Positions 20,712 to 30,446 of a stretch of 64,000 nucleotides of DNA are shown here, in pieces. The position numbers were made by a program, and so were the translations under genes. Within the stretch, counting starts at the first letter, position 1. The number at the start of each line of letters is the position of its first letter. The stretch covers positions 9,628-73,627 of the forward strand of contig JBEKOL010000010.1 in NCBI GenBank assembly GCA_049521775.1, given 5' to 3'. This DNA comes from Syntrophales bacterium. Lineage in GTDB: Bacteria > Desulfobacterota > Syntrophia > Syntrophales > UBA2185. The notes beneath the pieces are model-generated. The model searched no databases and was not told the origin of the DNA. It worked only from the letters and a program-made list of their open reading frames with translations.

Positions 20712-21737
20712 CTAACGTATGTTATCGGCACGTTTGTAACCTGCATCGCGCAGTGTTTTTTCCTTCCTCGCAAGTTCCATGTCCGCCTCTACCATCATAT
20801 CCACGAGTTCGTCAAAACCCACCTTCGGTTTCCAACCCAAGATCTTCCTCGCCTTTGTTGAGTCACCGAGGAGAATATTGACGTCCGTGGGGCGGAAGTA
20901 TCTTGCGTCGATTTCGACGTACTTCTGATAGTCCAGCGCCAGCTTTTGAAAGACCTTTTCCAGGAATTCTTTCACCGAATGGGTTTCTCCTAAGGCAATC
21001 ACATAATCAGCAGGCTTCTCATACTGGAGCATAAGCCACATGGCTTCCACATAGTCACCCGCGAATCCCCAATCGCGCTTTGCATCCAGATTGCCCAGAT
21101 ACAGTTTCTGCTGAAGTCCCAGCTTGATTCTCGTCGCCGCCCGGGTAATCTTCCTTGTCACGAACGTCTCGCCCCGCCGGGGTGATTCATGGTTGAACAG
21201 TATCCCATTGCATACAAAGAGCCCGTAGGCATCGCGGTAGTTCTTCACGACGTAATAGGCATAGACCTTGGCGGCCGCATAAGGACTCTGAGGCTGGAAG
21301 GGTGTATCCTCGTTCTGCGGCGGCGGCGCCGCTCCGAACATTTCACTGGAAGAAGCCTGATAGAAGCGGGTTTTGATCCCCGTCTTACGAATAGCCTCTA
21401 GGAGACGCAGCGTCCCCAGGCCGGTAACATCCCCGGTATACTCAGGCATGTCGAAGCTCACTCTCACATGGCTCTGAGCCCCCAGATGATATATTTCGTC
21501 GGGCCGGATCGTATGGAGCAGGTCGGTCATTTGCCCTGAAACGGATAAGTCGCCGTAGTGGAGATGCAAGCGGGCAGAGGGATCGTGCACGTCCTTGTAA
21601 AGATGTTCGATCCTGTCAGTGTTGAAGGTGCTGGAGCGCCTGATGAGGCCATGCACAGTATAGTCCTTATCCAGCAAGAACTCCGCGAGGTACGAACCGT
21701 CCTGCCCTGTTATGCCTGTAATGAGTGCTGTTTTCAT
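20712..21737 (-). CDS. gmd: GDP-mannose 4,6-dehydratase
   Basis: [44 protein letters not shown]. Confidence 0.97.
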   Translation of the reverse strand: MKTALITGITGQDGSYLAEFLLDKDYTVHGLIRRSSTFNTDRIEHLYKDVHDPSARLHLHYGDLSVSGQMTDLLHTIRPDEIYHLGAQSHVRVSFDMPEYTGDVTGLGTLRLLEAIRKTGIKTRFYQASSSEMFGAAPPPQNEDTPFQPQSPYAAAKVYAYYVVKNYRDAYGLFVCNGILFNHESPRRGETFVTRKITRAATRIKLGLQQKLYLGNLDAKRDWGFAGDYVEAMWLMLQYEKPADYVIALGETHSVKEFLEKVFQKLALDYQKYVEIDARYFRPTDVNILLGDSTKARKILGWKPKVGFDELVDMMVEADMELARKEKTLRDAGYKRADNIR

Positions 21738-21869
21738 TGTCTTCCTTTCAATAACTTCAAAAAATCCATATTTTCATCTTGAGCCTTTAGGAAAATCGGC
21801 GGGAATCCTCTCCATTTGAATGGAGAGATGAAATCCGACCATATGTAGTTAATTAACTAAAAATAATAT

Positions 21870-21898
21870 TTGACTTTACTAACAATAATACCTATACT
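21870..21898 (+). promoter_or_regulatory. Near-consensus sigma70 promoter of tnpA
   Basis: TTGACT (21870-21875), 17-bp spacer, TATACT (21893-21898). Confidence 0.75.
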
Positions 21899-21905
21899 AT
21901 ATGCT

Positions 21906-22328
21906 ATGATAAAAAGCAATATCCAGCATGGCAGAACCTGTGTCTTTAACTGTAACTACCACATCGTGTTCAGCACAAAGTACAGGCGCAAAGTGTTGAC
22001 GGAAGACGTCGTTGAGTACATGAAGAACACCATCCAGGAAATTGCCGCAGACAAAGGTTTTCGAATCTCCCACTGTGAGGTTGGAGAACAAGACCATGTC
22101 CATATATTTGCTTCCGCGCATCCTAAGGTGTCTCCTTCCTATATTGTGAAGATGACCAAGGGGATCTCTGCACGCAAAATATTCATGCGATTTCCCGGGA
22201 TAAAGAAGATGTTGTATAAAGGGCATTTATGGAATCCTTCTTTTTATGTTGAGACAATCGGCTCCATTTCGGAAGAGGCCATCAAGCAATACATCGAGAA
22301 ACAAAAAGGGCCCCATGATTCTGACTAA
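21906..22328 (+). CDS. tnpA: IS200/IS605 Y1 HUH transposase
   Basis: YHIVFSTKYRRKVL, DHVHIF (HUH), LWNPSFYVETIG, IKQYIEKQ (catalytic Tyr). Confidence 0.96.
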   Translation: MIKSNIQHGRTCVFNCNYHIVFSTKYRRKVLTEDVVEYMKNTIQEIAADKGFRISHCEVGEQDHVHIFASAHPKVSPSYIVKMTKGISARKIFMRFPGIKKMLYKGHLWNPSFYVETIGSISEEAIKQYIEKQKGPHDSD

Positions 22329-23604
22329 GAAAATTCAAATTCACCCTTCTAACGAAGCCCAGGAAAAACTCTGGCAGGTTTCCTATCTTTGCAAAGACCT
22401 GTGGAATGCGGCGGTTGAGCAGCGGAGAGATCGGAAGAGCTGGCGTAAGGTAAATCTTTACAGCCAGAAAAAAGAGATACCACGGATAAAAAAAGAGTTT
22501 CCAGAGTACAAAATACCATCCTCCCAGGTTTTGCAGAATGTTATTTTTGCTGTTGACCGATCCTATAAGATGTTTTTCACGAAACGGGGAAACGGGGACA
22601 AATATGTTATGCCTCCAGGTTTTAAGTCGTTCCGCCATTTCTTCACCCAGGAATATTCCCAGCCCGGTACCAGCTTCGCCATCACCGAAGAAGGGATTCT
22701 CCAGCTGGCCTACGGCTCCAAACCTACCGATTGGATAACCATACCTATGAATGGAAGTATCCCGGAAGTGCCCAGGACCGTTACCATCAGCAAGCAGGAC
22801 AAGAAATGGTATGCATGTTTCACCTACAAGATGCCGAAATGCGAATTGATGGCCGATGGTCATAGAATCTATTTCGATCCAGGCTGCAAGACCACGCTTA
22901 CCGGTCTTAAAACTACCGGAGCATTTGTCGAATATGACATTAACCCGCTGAGGCAGTTCAATCTCTCGACCTATAAACTTATCGACGAACTGACTTCGCA
23001 AAGAGACAAAAAGATCATGGGCTCGTACCACTGGCGCAGGCTGAACAGGAAAATCAAAAAGCTCTTTTCCAGGATCAACACCAGGACGAAGACTTATCTC
23101 CATTCGCTGGCGAACAGGATCCTTACCGACCATCCCGATGTTAAAGAATTTAAAGTCGGGGATTGGGTTAAACAAGACACCCTGGCCGATACCGACTACG
23201 CATTTGTGAACCGGCGCATTAACCGCGCAGTACAGAATAACAACCCTGTAATGAGGCTCATCGAATACCTGTCCTATAAAGGCAAACTCAGGGGACAGGC
23301 CACTATAAAATTCGATGAACGGGGAACTACGCGGACATGCGTGATGTGCGATCACAACCACGAAAACGGCATTGATCCGGGCATACGGACTTTTGTTTGC
23401 GAGAGTTGTTCTTTCACGTACCCAAGAGATCATCATAGCTGTCTCAATGATGTTAAGAAATCAGAACCAGTGTTGTGGCAACGCCTCTCCGGGAATCTCC
23501 CGGACCGTAGTGTGAGAACGACCTTAAGCCCGTTCTCGTTCAAACCTCAGGTCGCACTCTATGCGATCCGCATTCAAAATACTGGATGCTTCTCACTTCA
23601 GTAA
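22315..23604 (+). CDS. tnpB: RNA-guided endonuclease TnpB
   Basis: LWNAAVEQR helix, PPGFK, RuvC-I FDPG, zinc finger TRTCVMC..CESC, RuvC-III PRD; ATG at 22315 overlaps the tnpA end. Confidence 0.9.
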   Translation: MILTKKIQIHPSNEAQEKLWQVSYLCKDLWNAAVEQRRDRKSWRKVNLYSQKKEIPRIKKEFPEYKIPSSQVLQNVIFAVDRSYKMFFTKRGNGDKYVMPPGFKSFRHFFTQEYSQPGTSFAITEEGILQLAYGSKPTDWITIPMNGSIPEVPRTVTISKQDKKWYACFTYKMPKCELMADGHRIYFDPGCKTTLTGLKTTGAFVEYDINPLRQFNLSTYKLIDELTSQRDKKIMGSYHWRRLNRKIKKLFSRINTRTKTYLHSLANRILTDHPDVKEFKVGDWVKQDTLADTDYAFVNRRINRAVQNNNPVMRLIEYLSYKGKLRGQATIKFDERGTTRTCVMCDHNHENGIDPGIRTFVCESCSFTYPRDHHSCLNDVKKSEPVLWQRLSGNLPDRSVRTTLSPFSFKPQVALYAIRIQNTGCFSLQ

Positions 23605-23808
23605 GGAGAGGATGTCACTATGCACTTAAGGCAAGTTCAAATTGGTAACATGGGATATCCGGTGCCTAGCATATAGGAGGTGTATCCGTTCAAGCGCAAA
23701 TAAATCTAGCATGCACAGACGCAAAATATCAAATATCTTTTCAATGGCTATCGGGATCGCTCCTGCTATCGATTCCCGGATCGTCTCTCATAAATCGATG
23801 GTTTTCCT

Positions 23809-25218
23809 TCATATGAATTTGATTTTTTTCATTGCAAAGGCCGTCATTTTCAACAGCAGCCATCCATGCCGGAACCGGTCGATCTGTGTGGATCCGTAGG
23901 TCCGCTCCCGGTACCTTATCGGAATTTCGACTATCTGGAGGTTCAGTTTCGCGGCTCCAAAGAGCAGATCAAAATCACCGAACGGATCAAAATCACCGAA
24001 ATAGCTTCGCCCTGCGACGATTTTCTCGTAATCCCTGCGCCGGAGAACTTTGGTTCCACAAAGGGTATCTCTGATTCGTTGATCGAGGAGGTAGGTGAAC
24101 ATGGTACTGAAAAATTTATTTCCCAGAAGATTCAGCGTTCTCATGGCCTCTTTTTCCATTTGATACACAAGGCGACTCCCGATGACAAGCTCTCCCTTGC
24201 CCGAGATAACCGCTTCAAAAAACTTCGTGAGAGATTCGGGAGGAATGGTCAGATCGGCATCGAGAATCATGAGAACATCACCTTTTGCTTCCCGAAATCC
24301 CTTGCGTACGGCATCGGCCTTACCTTTCCCGTCCTGGACCATTACCTTGATGTCCTTGTCGGGATATGCTTTCTGAACCCTGAGGCACTCAGCCAGTGTC
24401 TGGTCCTGGGAATGACCCTCAACGAATATAAGTTCCGTGTGTCTCCCCATATCGGGCATGCGTTTTACAACGTTCTCAATATTTCCCTTTTCATTGCGGC
24501 AGGGAACTACAACAGAACACGTTGTGGCGTCCGCATCTCCTCTTTTCTCGCAAGTCCTGGCAATGACAATGTCATTCAAAGCCAGCTTACGGAAGAACGG
24601 CATCTTCACGATTATCCTGTTTAGCAGGGTTGAGAAGAGAGGGATATATACAGGCATGAGAATCCGATAATCTGCCTTGACAGTTTCGAAGTCACTGAGC
24701 TTGAGGATATTTCGGATGTCTTGCGGCGGCAGCCAGTGCATAATGGGCCGTTTCATCCGCAGGCCAAACCACTCGGCAAATTTCAAAATTGGCTGCCACA
24801 GGTAATTAAAATAGATGACGATTATCCGCGTATCCGGTTTGCAGATCTTCTTCAAGCCGTTAAGAGACGCCTGAATATCATCCACGTAACCGATAACGTT
24901 CACGAGAAGGATATAATCGAACTTCTCGTCCGTTTGCAAAGCCTCCAAATCATCTACACGGAATTCAACACCGGGAAATTTCTCTCTTGCCACTTCAACC
25001 ATCTTCGGGCTGAAATCGATTCCGACTTTGCGTGAAGACTCTAAGGATGCAATCAGATTACCGATACCGCAGCCGATCTGCAGGATGGATGATTGGGCAG
25101 GGACAAGATTCTTAATGTACTTCGCTATGGCCCTGTGATAGTAATCCCCTTTCTTCAGCCATTTCTCTCTTTTTCTGGCCAGGGAATCAAAATATCTTAT
25201 CTTATCGCCTTTATTAAT
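23809..25218 (-). CDS. Class I SAM methyltransferase-GT2 fusion
   Basis: The frame stays open 79 codons upstream of the track ATG (25002) and encodes SILQIGCGIGNL; C-terminal GT2 with VVVPCRNE, ILDAD, DTLCGTK. Proposed start ATT 25218 is uncertain. Confidence 0.85.
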   Translation of the reverse strand: MNKGDKIRYFDSLARKREKWLKKGDYYHRAIAKYIKNLVPAQSSILQIGCGIGNLIASLESSRKVGIDFSPKMVEVAREKFPGVEFRVDDLEALQTDEKFDYILLVNVIGYVDDIQASLNGLKKICKPDTRIIVIYFNYLWQPILKFAEWFGLRMKRPIMHWLPPQDIRNILKLSDFETVKADYRILMPVYIPLFSTLLNRIIVKMPFFRKLALNDIVIARTCEKRGDADATTCSVVVPCRNEKGNIENVVKRMPDMGRHTELIFVEGHSQDQTLAECLRVQKAYPDKDIKVMVQDGKGKADAVRKGFREAKGDVLMILDADLTIPPESLTKFFEAVISGKGELVIGSRLVYQMEKEAMRTLNLLGNKFFSTMFTYLLDQRIRDTLCGTKVLRRRDYEKIVAGRSYFGDFDPFGDFDLLFGAAKLNLQIVEIPIRYRERTYGSTQIDRFRHGWLLLKMTAFAMKKIKFI

Positions 25219-25248
25219 AGCAATATCCTCAAGAAGATTTCACTAAAG

Positions 25249-26394
25249 TTATCTCTTCTCCAACACCTCACGGATAGCATCTTGTACCGTCTTCACTTCG
25301 AGAGTTTCGAGGCATATGCTCCGTTCCGAACCGTTGCAGCCCTTCTTATAGCACGGCACACAATCCATGTTTGACACGACTACGCGGTTTTTATCGCCGA
25401 CGGGAGCCCAATCGCGCCAATCAGAGGGACCGAAGATTGTTAACGTCGGTGTTCCAACAGCGGCGGCAATATGCGGAGCCGCGCTGTCAACCCCGAGATG
25501 AAAGCTGCTCAGACTGAGTGTACCTGCCAGTTCGGCCAGCGTCGTTTTCCCAGCAAGGTTGCATACTTTACCGGCACATTGCGCCGCCAGTTCTGTAGCT
25601 CTGGCCGTTTCTCCTTTACTGCCAACAATAGCGGCAGCAATCTGAAACTCATGCCACAGCAAATTGATGATGCTTGCCCATTTATCATCCGCCCATTCCT
25701 TATATGGCCACCGGGAAAATGGATTGACGGTAACCCACCGATAAGAGGGGTCAGATGCCACGGGCTTCATGTCACACTCAGTAAGCAGTTTGTAAACCTG
25801 CGCCATCACCTGATCTGATACCCATAGCTTGGGGACCTCCGTTTTCCCGGCAATGCCAAAACCCCTGACAATACTAAGTGACTGCTCTGCTGCGCCTAAT
25901 ACACGCTCTTTCGGAGTGGGAAGCCCCTTGAGGAGATGCGTAAAGAGCCGGTTTCGCCAGAAGGGAACTGCGGTGTAATAGAGCGAGCCTCTTATGGACG
26001 CGCCGGTCAAGCGGGCCATGATCGCCCCTCGATCGCCGGAACGGAGATCAAAGACCATGTCAAATTGTTCATTACGCAACTTTTTGATCAACCGCACTTG
26101 ATCAATGACATTTAAGAGAAGATTACCCTGGGTGCTCTTCACTTCAAAGATTTTATGTATCGATGGATCTGCCTCCAGAAGGCATCCGAAACCTTCCCGA
26201 AGAAGAACCGATACGTTGCCCTGTGGATAAGATTCCTTAACAGCCCACAATGTTGGTGTCGTCCAGACCACATCCCCGATATCGCCCAGCTGGATAACAA
26301 GAACATTTCTGATTTGTTTTGTGATTTTAAAATGGTCCTGAACAAGCACCATGTCTTTGCCACTGCCCTTCTTCATAAAAAAGAGACAGGCCAC
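25249..26394 (-). CDS. GT9 heptosyltransferase-like glycosyltransferase
   Basis: VLVIQLGDIGDVV, GVDSAAPHIAAAVG, C-terminal CVPC; start may be 26352. Confidence 0.88.
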   Translation of the reverse strand: MACLFFMKKGSGKDMVLVQDHFKITKQIRNVLVIQLGDIGDVVWTTPTLWAVKESYPQGNVSVLLREGFGCLLEADPSIHKIFEVKSTQGNLLLNVIDQVRLIKKLRNEQFDMVFDLRSGDRGAIMARLTGASIRGSLYYTAVPFWRNRLFTHLLKGLPTPKERVLGAAEQSLSIVRGFGIAGKTEVPKLWVSDQVMAQVYKLLTECDMKPVASDPSYRWVTVNPFSRWPYKEWADDKWASIINLLWHEFQIAAAIVGSKGETARATELAAQCAGKVCNLAGKTTLAELAGTLSLSSFHLGVDSAAPHIAAAVGTPTLTIFGPSDWRDWAPVGDKNRVVVSNMDCVPCYKKGCNGSERSICLETLEVKTVQDAIREVLEKR

Positions 26395-26444
26395 TTCTTA
26401 TTGCAGTCCCCTCTTGAGAACACTTGCAAAATAGCCTGTCCACT

Positions 26445-28373
26445 TTATCTAAAGATGCTCTCTGTATCCTGCGGCGAATATTCGGGAACAATCTCCTGAA
26501 GCTTTCTCTTTATAGCCTGGGAATCATATTGAAGCGATAGATCATATAACTGTTTGAGTTCTGAATTCAGCCAGTCCTGCAGCTCTGCAGGACTCTTCAA
26601 ACCATTAGGGAAACCTCCTGACCGAAGCACCATTATCTTCTCGTGCTTCGTTGGCCCGATCTCTTCTCCCACACTAATGAGTTCTTCGCAAAGTTTTTCC
26701 CCTTCCCTAAGTCCCGTAAAAACGATCTTAATATCCTTGTCCGGTTCTTTGCCGGAGAGCCTTATCAGGTCTCTTGCCATGTCAAGGATCTTAACTGGTG
26801 TCCCCATCCTCAGGATGAAAATCTCACCACCATCTCCCATGGCTCCGGCCTGGATGATCAACTGGGAGGCCTCGGTTATGGTCATAAAGTAACGTGTGAC
26901 ATCAGGATGCGACACAGTGACCGGCCCTCCCTGATCGATCTGACGGCGGAAGAGGGGGATCACAGATCCTGACGAGCCTAGCACATTTCCGAACCGCACC
27001 GCCATAAATCGCGTCCCATTCCCCTGAAAGGATTGAAGCAAAAGTTCATCGATACGCTTGCTCGCGCCCATGACATTAATAGGCCGTACAGCTTTATCTG
27101 TGGAGACCAGTACAAACCTCTCGACACCCTGTTTAATGGACATCTCCATGATTACCTGGCTTCCCAGGATATTGTTAGTAACCGTCTCCCAAGGATTCTT
27201 TTCCAACATCGGCACATGCTTGTAAGCTGCAGCATGAAATACAACCTGAGGATGATATTTTTGAAAAACTGAAGTGATTAATGCCTTATCCTGCACATGT
27301 CCTAAAATGGCTTCGCATTTGTGATAATACATCTCATCCTGGAGTTCCATTTGAATTTGAAATAGATTCACTTCGCTCGAATCCAATAATATGATGGATC
27401 GCGGCTGAAAACGAACGATCTGGCGACAAAGTTCCGACCCGATGGATCCACCGCAGCCTGTAACCAAAACCGTCCGTCCATCCAGGTAGTTTCTGATGCT
27501 CTCTATATTTAAAAGAACAGGGGGTCGCCCAAGCAAATCATCGTATCTTACATCCCTCAAAATCTTGACACTCACGTGGCCGTCAATAATCTCGCCAATA
27601 CCGGGCAACGTTTTATAAAAAACACCACAGAGCTTACAGATATCCACAATACGCCGCATTTGTTCTCCGCTGGCCGAAGGAATGGCAATGAGCACCTCTT
27701 CAATTTTCTCATTCTCGACGATCATGGGCAGTTCTTCCACAGAACCCAGAATCGGGATCCCGTGTATTGATCGTCCCTGCTTTTGAGAATCATCATCGAC
27801 AAAACCCGCCACATGATAATGAAGTTGATAATTATCAAAAATCTCTCGGAGTATTTTTTCGCCGGCATCACCCGCGCCGATGATAAGCACTTCTTTGCGA
27901 TGCCTTGCCTGGAAAAAATACTTTATTCCCGCTTGTACGCGTGTCTGAGAGGACAAATAGGAACGAATAGCCATCCGGAGCGATCCAGCTAAAAGAAACG
28001 TCAATGCCCCATCCAGCAAATAAACGGCCCTAGAAAAACCCTCAAATCTGTGAATAAAAAGCACTGCGACCATGATCGCAAGCATGGACAAAAAACAGGC
28101 CTGGGCTAAACGCCAGAAGTCCCTGACGCTGGTATAACGCCACATGTCCTTGTAGAGGCCGAAAATAAAAAAAACTACAATTTTCAAAGGTACCAGCCAG
28201 GGGAGTACTACCATGAATTGCCAGATTTCAGTTCGATGAAGCGTAAACTCAAAACGGATCAGATAGGCTAGCAGATGTGCGACCACAAACACGACCGCAT
28301 CGCTTGCGACCATCCTAAAGGATCTTAGCGCAACCCCGTTACTTTTTGCGAATTTTCCCTGCAAAATATTCAT
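26445..28373 (-). CDS. Membrane-bound UDP-sugar 4,6-dehydratase (CapD/WbpM/PglF family)
   Basis: Four N-terminal TM segments, IIGAGDAG, TGCGGSIGSE, HAAAYKHVP, STDKAV, RFGNVLGSSGSV. Confidence 0.93.
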   Translation of the reverse strand: MNILQGKFAKSNGVALRSFRMVASDAVVFVVAHLLAYLIRFEFTLHRTEIWQFMVVLPWLVPLKIVVFFIFGLYKDMWRYTSVRDFWRLAQACFLSMLAIMVAVLFIHRFEGFSRAVYLLDGALTFLLAGSLRMAIRSYLSSQTRVQAGIKYFFQARHRKEVLIIGAGDAGEKILREIFDNYQLHYHVAGFVDDDSQKQGRSIHGIPILGSVEELPMIVENEKIEEVLIAIPSASGEQMRRIVDICKLCGVFYKTLPGIGEIIDGHVSVKILRDVRYDDLLGRPPVLLNIESIRNYLDGRTVLVTGCGGSIGSELCRQIVRFQPRSIILLDSSEVNLFQIQMELQDEMYYHKCEAILGHVQDKALITSVFQKYHPQVVFHAAAYKHVPMLEKNPWETVTNNILGSQVIMEMSIKQGVERFVLVSTDKAVRPINVMGASKRIDELLLQSFQGNGTRFMAVRFGNVLGSSGSVIPLFRRQIDQGGPVTVSHPDVTRYFMTITEASQLIIQAGAMGDGGEIFILRMGTPVKILDMARDLIRLSGKEPDKDIKIVFTGLREGEKLCEELISVGEEIGPTKHEKIMVLRSGGFPNGLKSPAELQDWLNSELKQLYDLSLQYDSQAIKRKLQEIVPEYSPQDTESIFR

Positions 28374-28387
28374 GTAATTACTTGATA

Positions 28388-29425
28388 TTAAGTTATCAAT
28401 CCGGCTCTATTTGCCGATTTCATGATGATGTAAGAATAAATGATTTGGATACATAGAAACGGCAAGAAAACGAGCAATCTTCTATTCCCGGGAATGTGAA
28501 CCATCCACACAGCGCCGATTCCCTGCAAGACGCACACGCTATAATGAAAAAGACTTACCGTCAGGTGACTATATCCGATCTGCTGGGATAACTGGTACAG
28601 GTGCGTGCGATGGGCATCTATAACCCTTTCCCAGCGCAATAATCGCCGGAAAAATGTAAAAAATGTATCGTAAATAAAATTGAACAACAGCAACGGCATC
28701 ACAAAGAAAGAGGTATGGGAAAAATCATAGCGGGCTGCAATAATCGCAAGTACTGCAAAAACAAAACCTAAAAACGTGCTGCCGACATCACCCATGAAGA
28801 TACGAGCGGGAGGGAAGTTATAGATGAGAAAACCAAGTGTTCCCGCAAAAAGCACATAGCAGGTGACGTAAACGAAAATGCTGCCATGGATGAATGTGAT
28901 GGCACAAAAAAAAGCGCTGACTATAGCCGCAACACCCGCAGCCATTCCGTCCAGACCGTCCATAAAATTGAACGTATTGGTCAGGCCGATAATCCAGATA
29001 AACGAAATGGGATAGCCCAGCCATCCTAATTCTATGGCCCCCACGAAAGGCAAAGTTATGACATCAAGAACGATGCCGAATGCCAAAACAAAAAAAATTG
29101 CCAGGATCTGGGTGGTTAATTTAATGATATAAGGCTTGTCTCTAATATCATCATAGAAAGAAATACTGGCTATCAACAATGCGGAAAGGGAGAAGCCCAG
29201 AAAGTATCGCTTCATAATCATCATGCCGTCAGTAAACATAAAAATCGCGGCAACCCCGACAAGGAAAGTGGCAACTATAGAAATGCCGCCACATGTCGGC
29301 GTTGGCACATCATGAGAAGAGCGCTCACGAGGCACGTCCATGATACGCGCATGATAAAGCATAAAGCGGGTAACAAAGAGAGACAAAAGTAGCAAAAAAC
29401 ATGCAAAAAATACGTGTACGATAAT
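28388..29425 (-). CDS. Polyprenyl-phosphate HexNAc-1-phosphate transferase (WecA/WbpL, MraY-like)
   Basis: RSSH..PTPTCGG, DD motif, NFMDGLDG, FMGDVGS, HRTHLYQ; start ATT 29425 (behind AAGGAG) or TTG 29395. Confidence 0.9.
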   Translation of the reverse strand: MIVHVFFACFLLLLSLFVTRFMLYHARIMDVPRERSSHDVPTPTCGGISIVATFLVGVAAIFMFTDGMMIMKRYFLGFSLSALLIASISFYDDIRDKPYIIKLTTQILAIFFVLAFGIVLDVITLPFVGAIELGWLGYPISFIWIIGLTNTFNFMDGLDGMAAGVAAIVSAFFCAITFIHGSIFVYVTCYVLFAGTLGFLIYNFPPARIFMGDVGSTFLGFVFAVLAIIAARYDFSHTSFFVMPLLLFNFIYDTFFTFFRRLLRWERVIDAHRTHLYQLSQQIGYSHLTVSLFHYSVCVLQGIGAVWMVHIPGNRRLLVFLPFLCIQIIYSYIIMKSANRAGLIT

Positions 29426-29436
29426 AATAGCTCCTT

Positions 29437-30324
29437 TTATGTGAATACCGGCCCCACCCTATCCTGATAACGGAATTTCCGGGGTGAATATCCAAAATCA
29501 CGCTGTGCATCGGATGAGTCGAAACACATATCAGTATTCACTCTTTCAATCATTTCTTTGTTTATGTGCCTGTAGGTCTGAGTGCAAGCAGCCATTATCA
29601 AGGGAAGCATCAGCATTCGTGGAATAACGACAATTCGAGGTTTCATATCCAATGCTAGGAATATGGCTTCCACCATTTCCCGGAATGTCAGCGTTTGTCC
29701 CCCACTGAGATTGTAATCCCTGTTGAAGGCAACAGGACGATTCAAAACCGCAATACAAGCCGCAGCAACATCATCAGCGTGGACGGGCTGACGATAGCCT
29801 TTTCCGCTGCCCAACAGCGGGAAAAAACCAAATCGCCTGATGAATCGTGCGACTATTGTCACATTCCTGTCCATTCCGCAACCATAAATCAGCGTTGGCC
29901 GAAGCAATGTCCATAAAATCGCGTATTTGTCACATGCAGCCGCCATGCTTTCTTCAGCCGCAGCTAACTTTTTCGCTACTTTCTGCTCCTGAAGGTTCTT
30001 GGAGTTCATCTTTGTAAAGCGGCTTGTTGAGCTGAGAGCCACGATACGCCGAATGCCCAGATGGGACAAGTCCTCAACAATATCCGGAAGAAGCCAGATA
30101 GGAGCCAGATGAATTAGGTATGAAGCGCCCTGTATTTTCGGTCCTGTCCATCCGTGGGAGATATCTGTTTGATGCCAAGTAATAAGAGGATGTACCCTAT
30201 TCGCGGATGCCGAATCAGTACGGCTCAGGGCTTGAACATGGAAGCCGACTTCGATAAGGCGGGGCAGTAAAAAAATCCCTACCTGGCTGGTGGCGCCTGA
30301 AACAATGACTTGCGTATGCTCCAT
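29437..30324 (-). CDS. NAD-dependent epimerase/dehydratase (atypical SDR)
   Basis: VSGATSQVG, LLRPTLIYG, QPVHADD. Confidence 0.85.
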   Translation of the reverse strand: MEHTQVIVSGATSQVGIFLLPRLIEVGFHVQALSRTDSASANRVHPLITWHQTDISHGWTGPKIQGASYLIHLAPIWLLPDIVEDLSHLGIRRIVALSSTSRFTKMNSKNLQEQKVAKKLAAAEESMAAACDKYAILWTLLRPTLIYGCGMDRNVTIVARFIRRFGFFPLLGSGKGYRQPVHADDVAAACIAVLNRPVAFNRDYNLSGGQTLTFREMVEAIFLALDMKPRIVVIPRMLMLPLIMAACTQTYRHINKEMIERVNTDMCFDSSDAQRDFGYSPRKFRYQDRVGPVFT

Positions 30325-30446
30325 TCTCTTCTCTAATCCCCTTTGTCATTTCGACCAAAGGGAGATATCCAATAAATCAGTGATAAATAATAAATTTGCC
30401 ATGTCGCTTCGCATCAGCATTAGGCCTATTTTCTAGATAAAGGTTA

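Larger units (their letters stand above)
21791..23618 (+). mobile_element. IS200/IS605-family insertion sequence (tnpA + tnpB)
   Basis: Left-end hairpin ctctccatt-tg-aatggagag (21808-21827); right-end hairpin tctc(a)ctt-cagt-aag-gaga followed by GGATGTCAC ending at 23618; no terminal inverted repeats seen. Left boundary approximate. Confidence 0.9.

Noticed and set aside
22282-23436. 384-aa ORF antisense to tnpB
   Set aside because: No recognisable motifs; best explained as a shadow of the tnpB reading frame.
21791-23618. IStron (group I intron-IS hybrid) interpretation
   Set aside because: The element is intergenic and only about 115 bp precede tnpA, too little for a group I core.
23642-23899. 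85-aa ORF downstream of tnpB
   Set aside because: Overlaps the convergent GT2 gene end and has no recognisable features.
23866-24624. 252-aa plus-strand ORF
   Set aside because: Antisense to the well-supported GT2 domain; no motifs.
28160-28180. Poly-A tracts as phase-variation sites
   Set aside because: Runs are short, in frame, encode Phe/Ile-rich membrane segments, and are common in this sequence.
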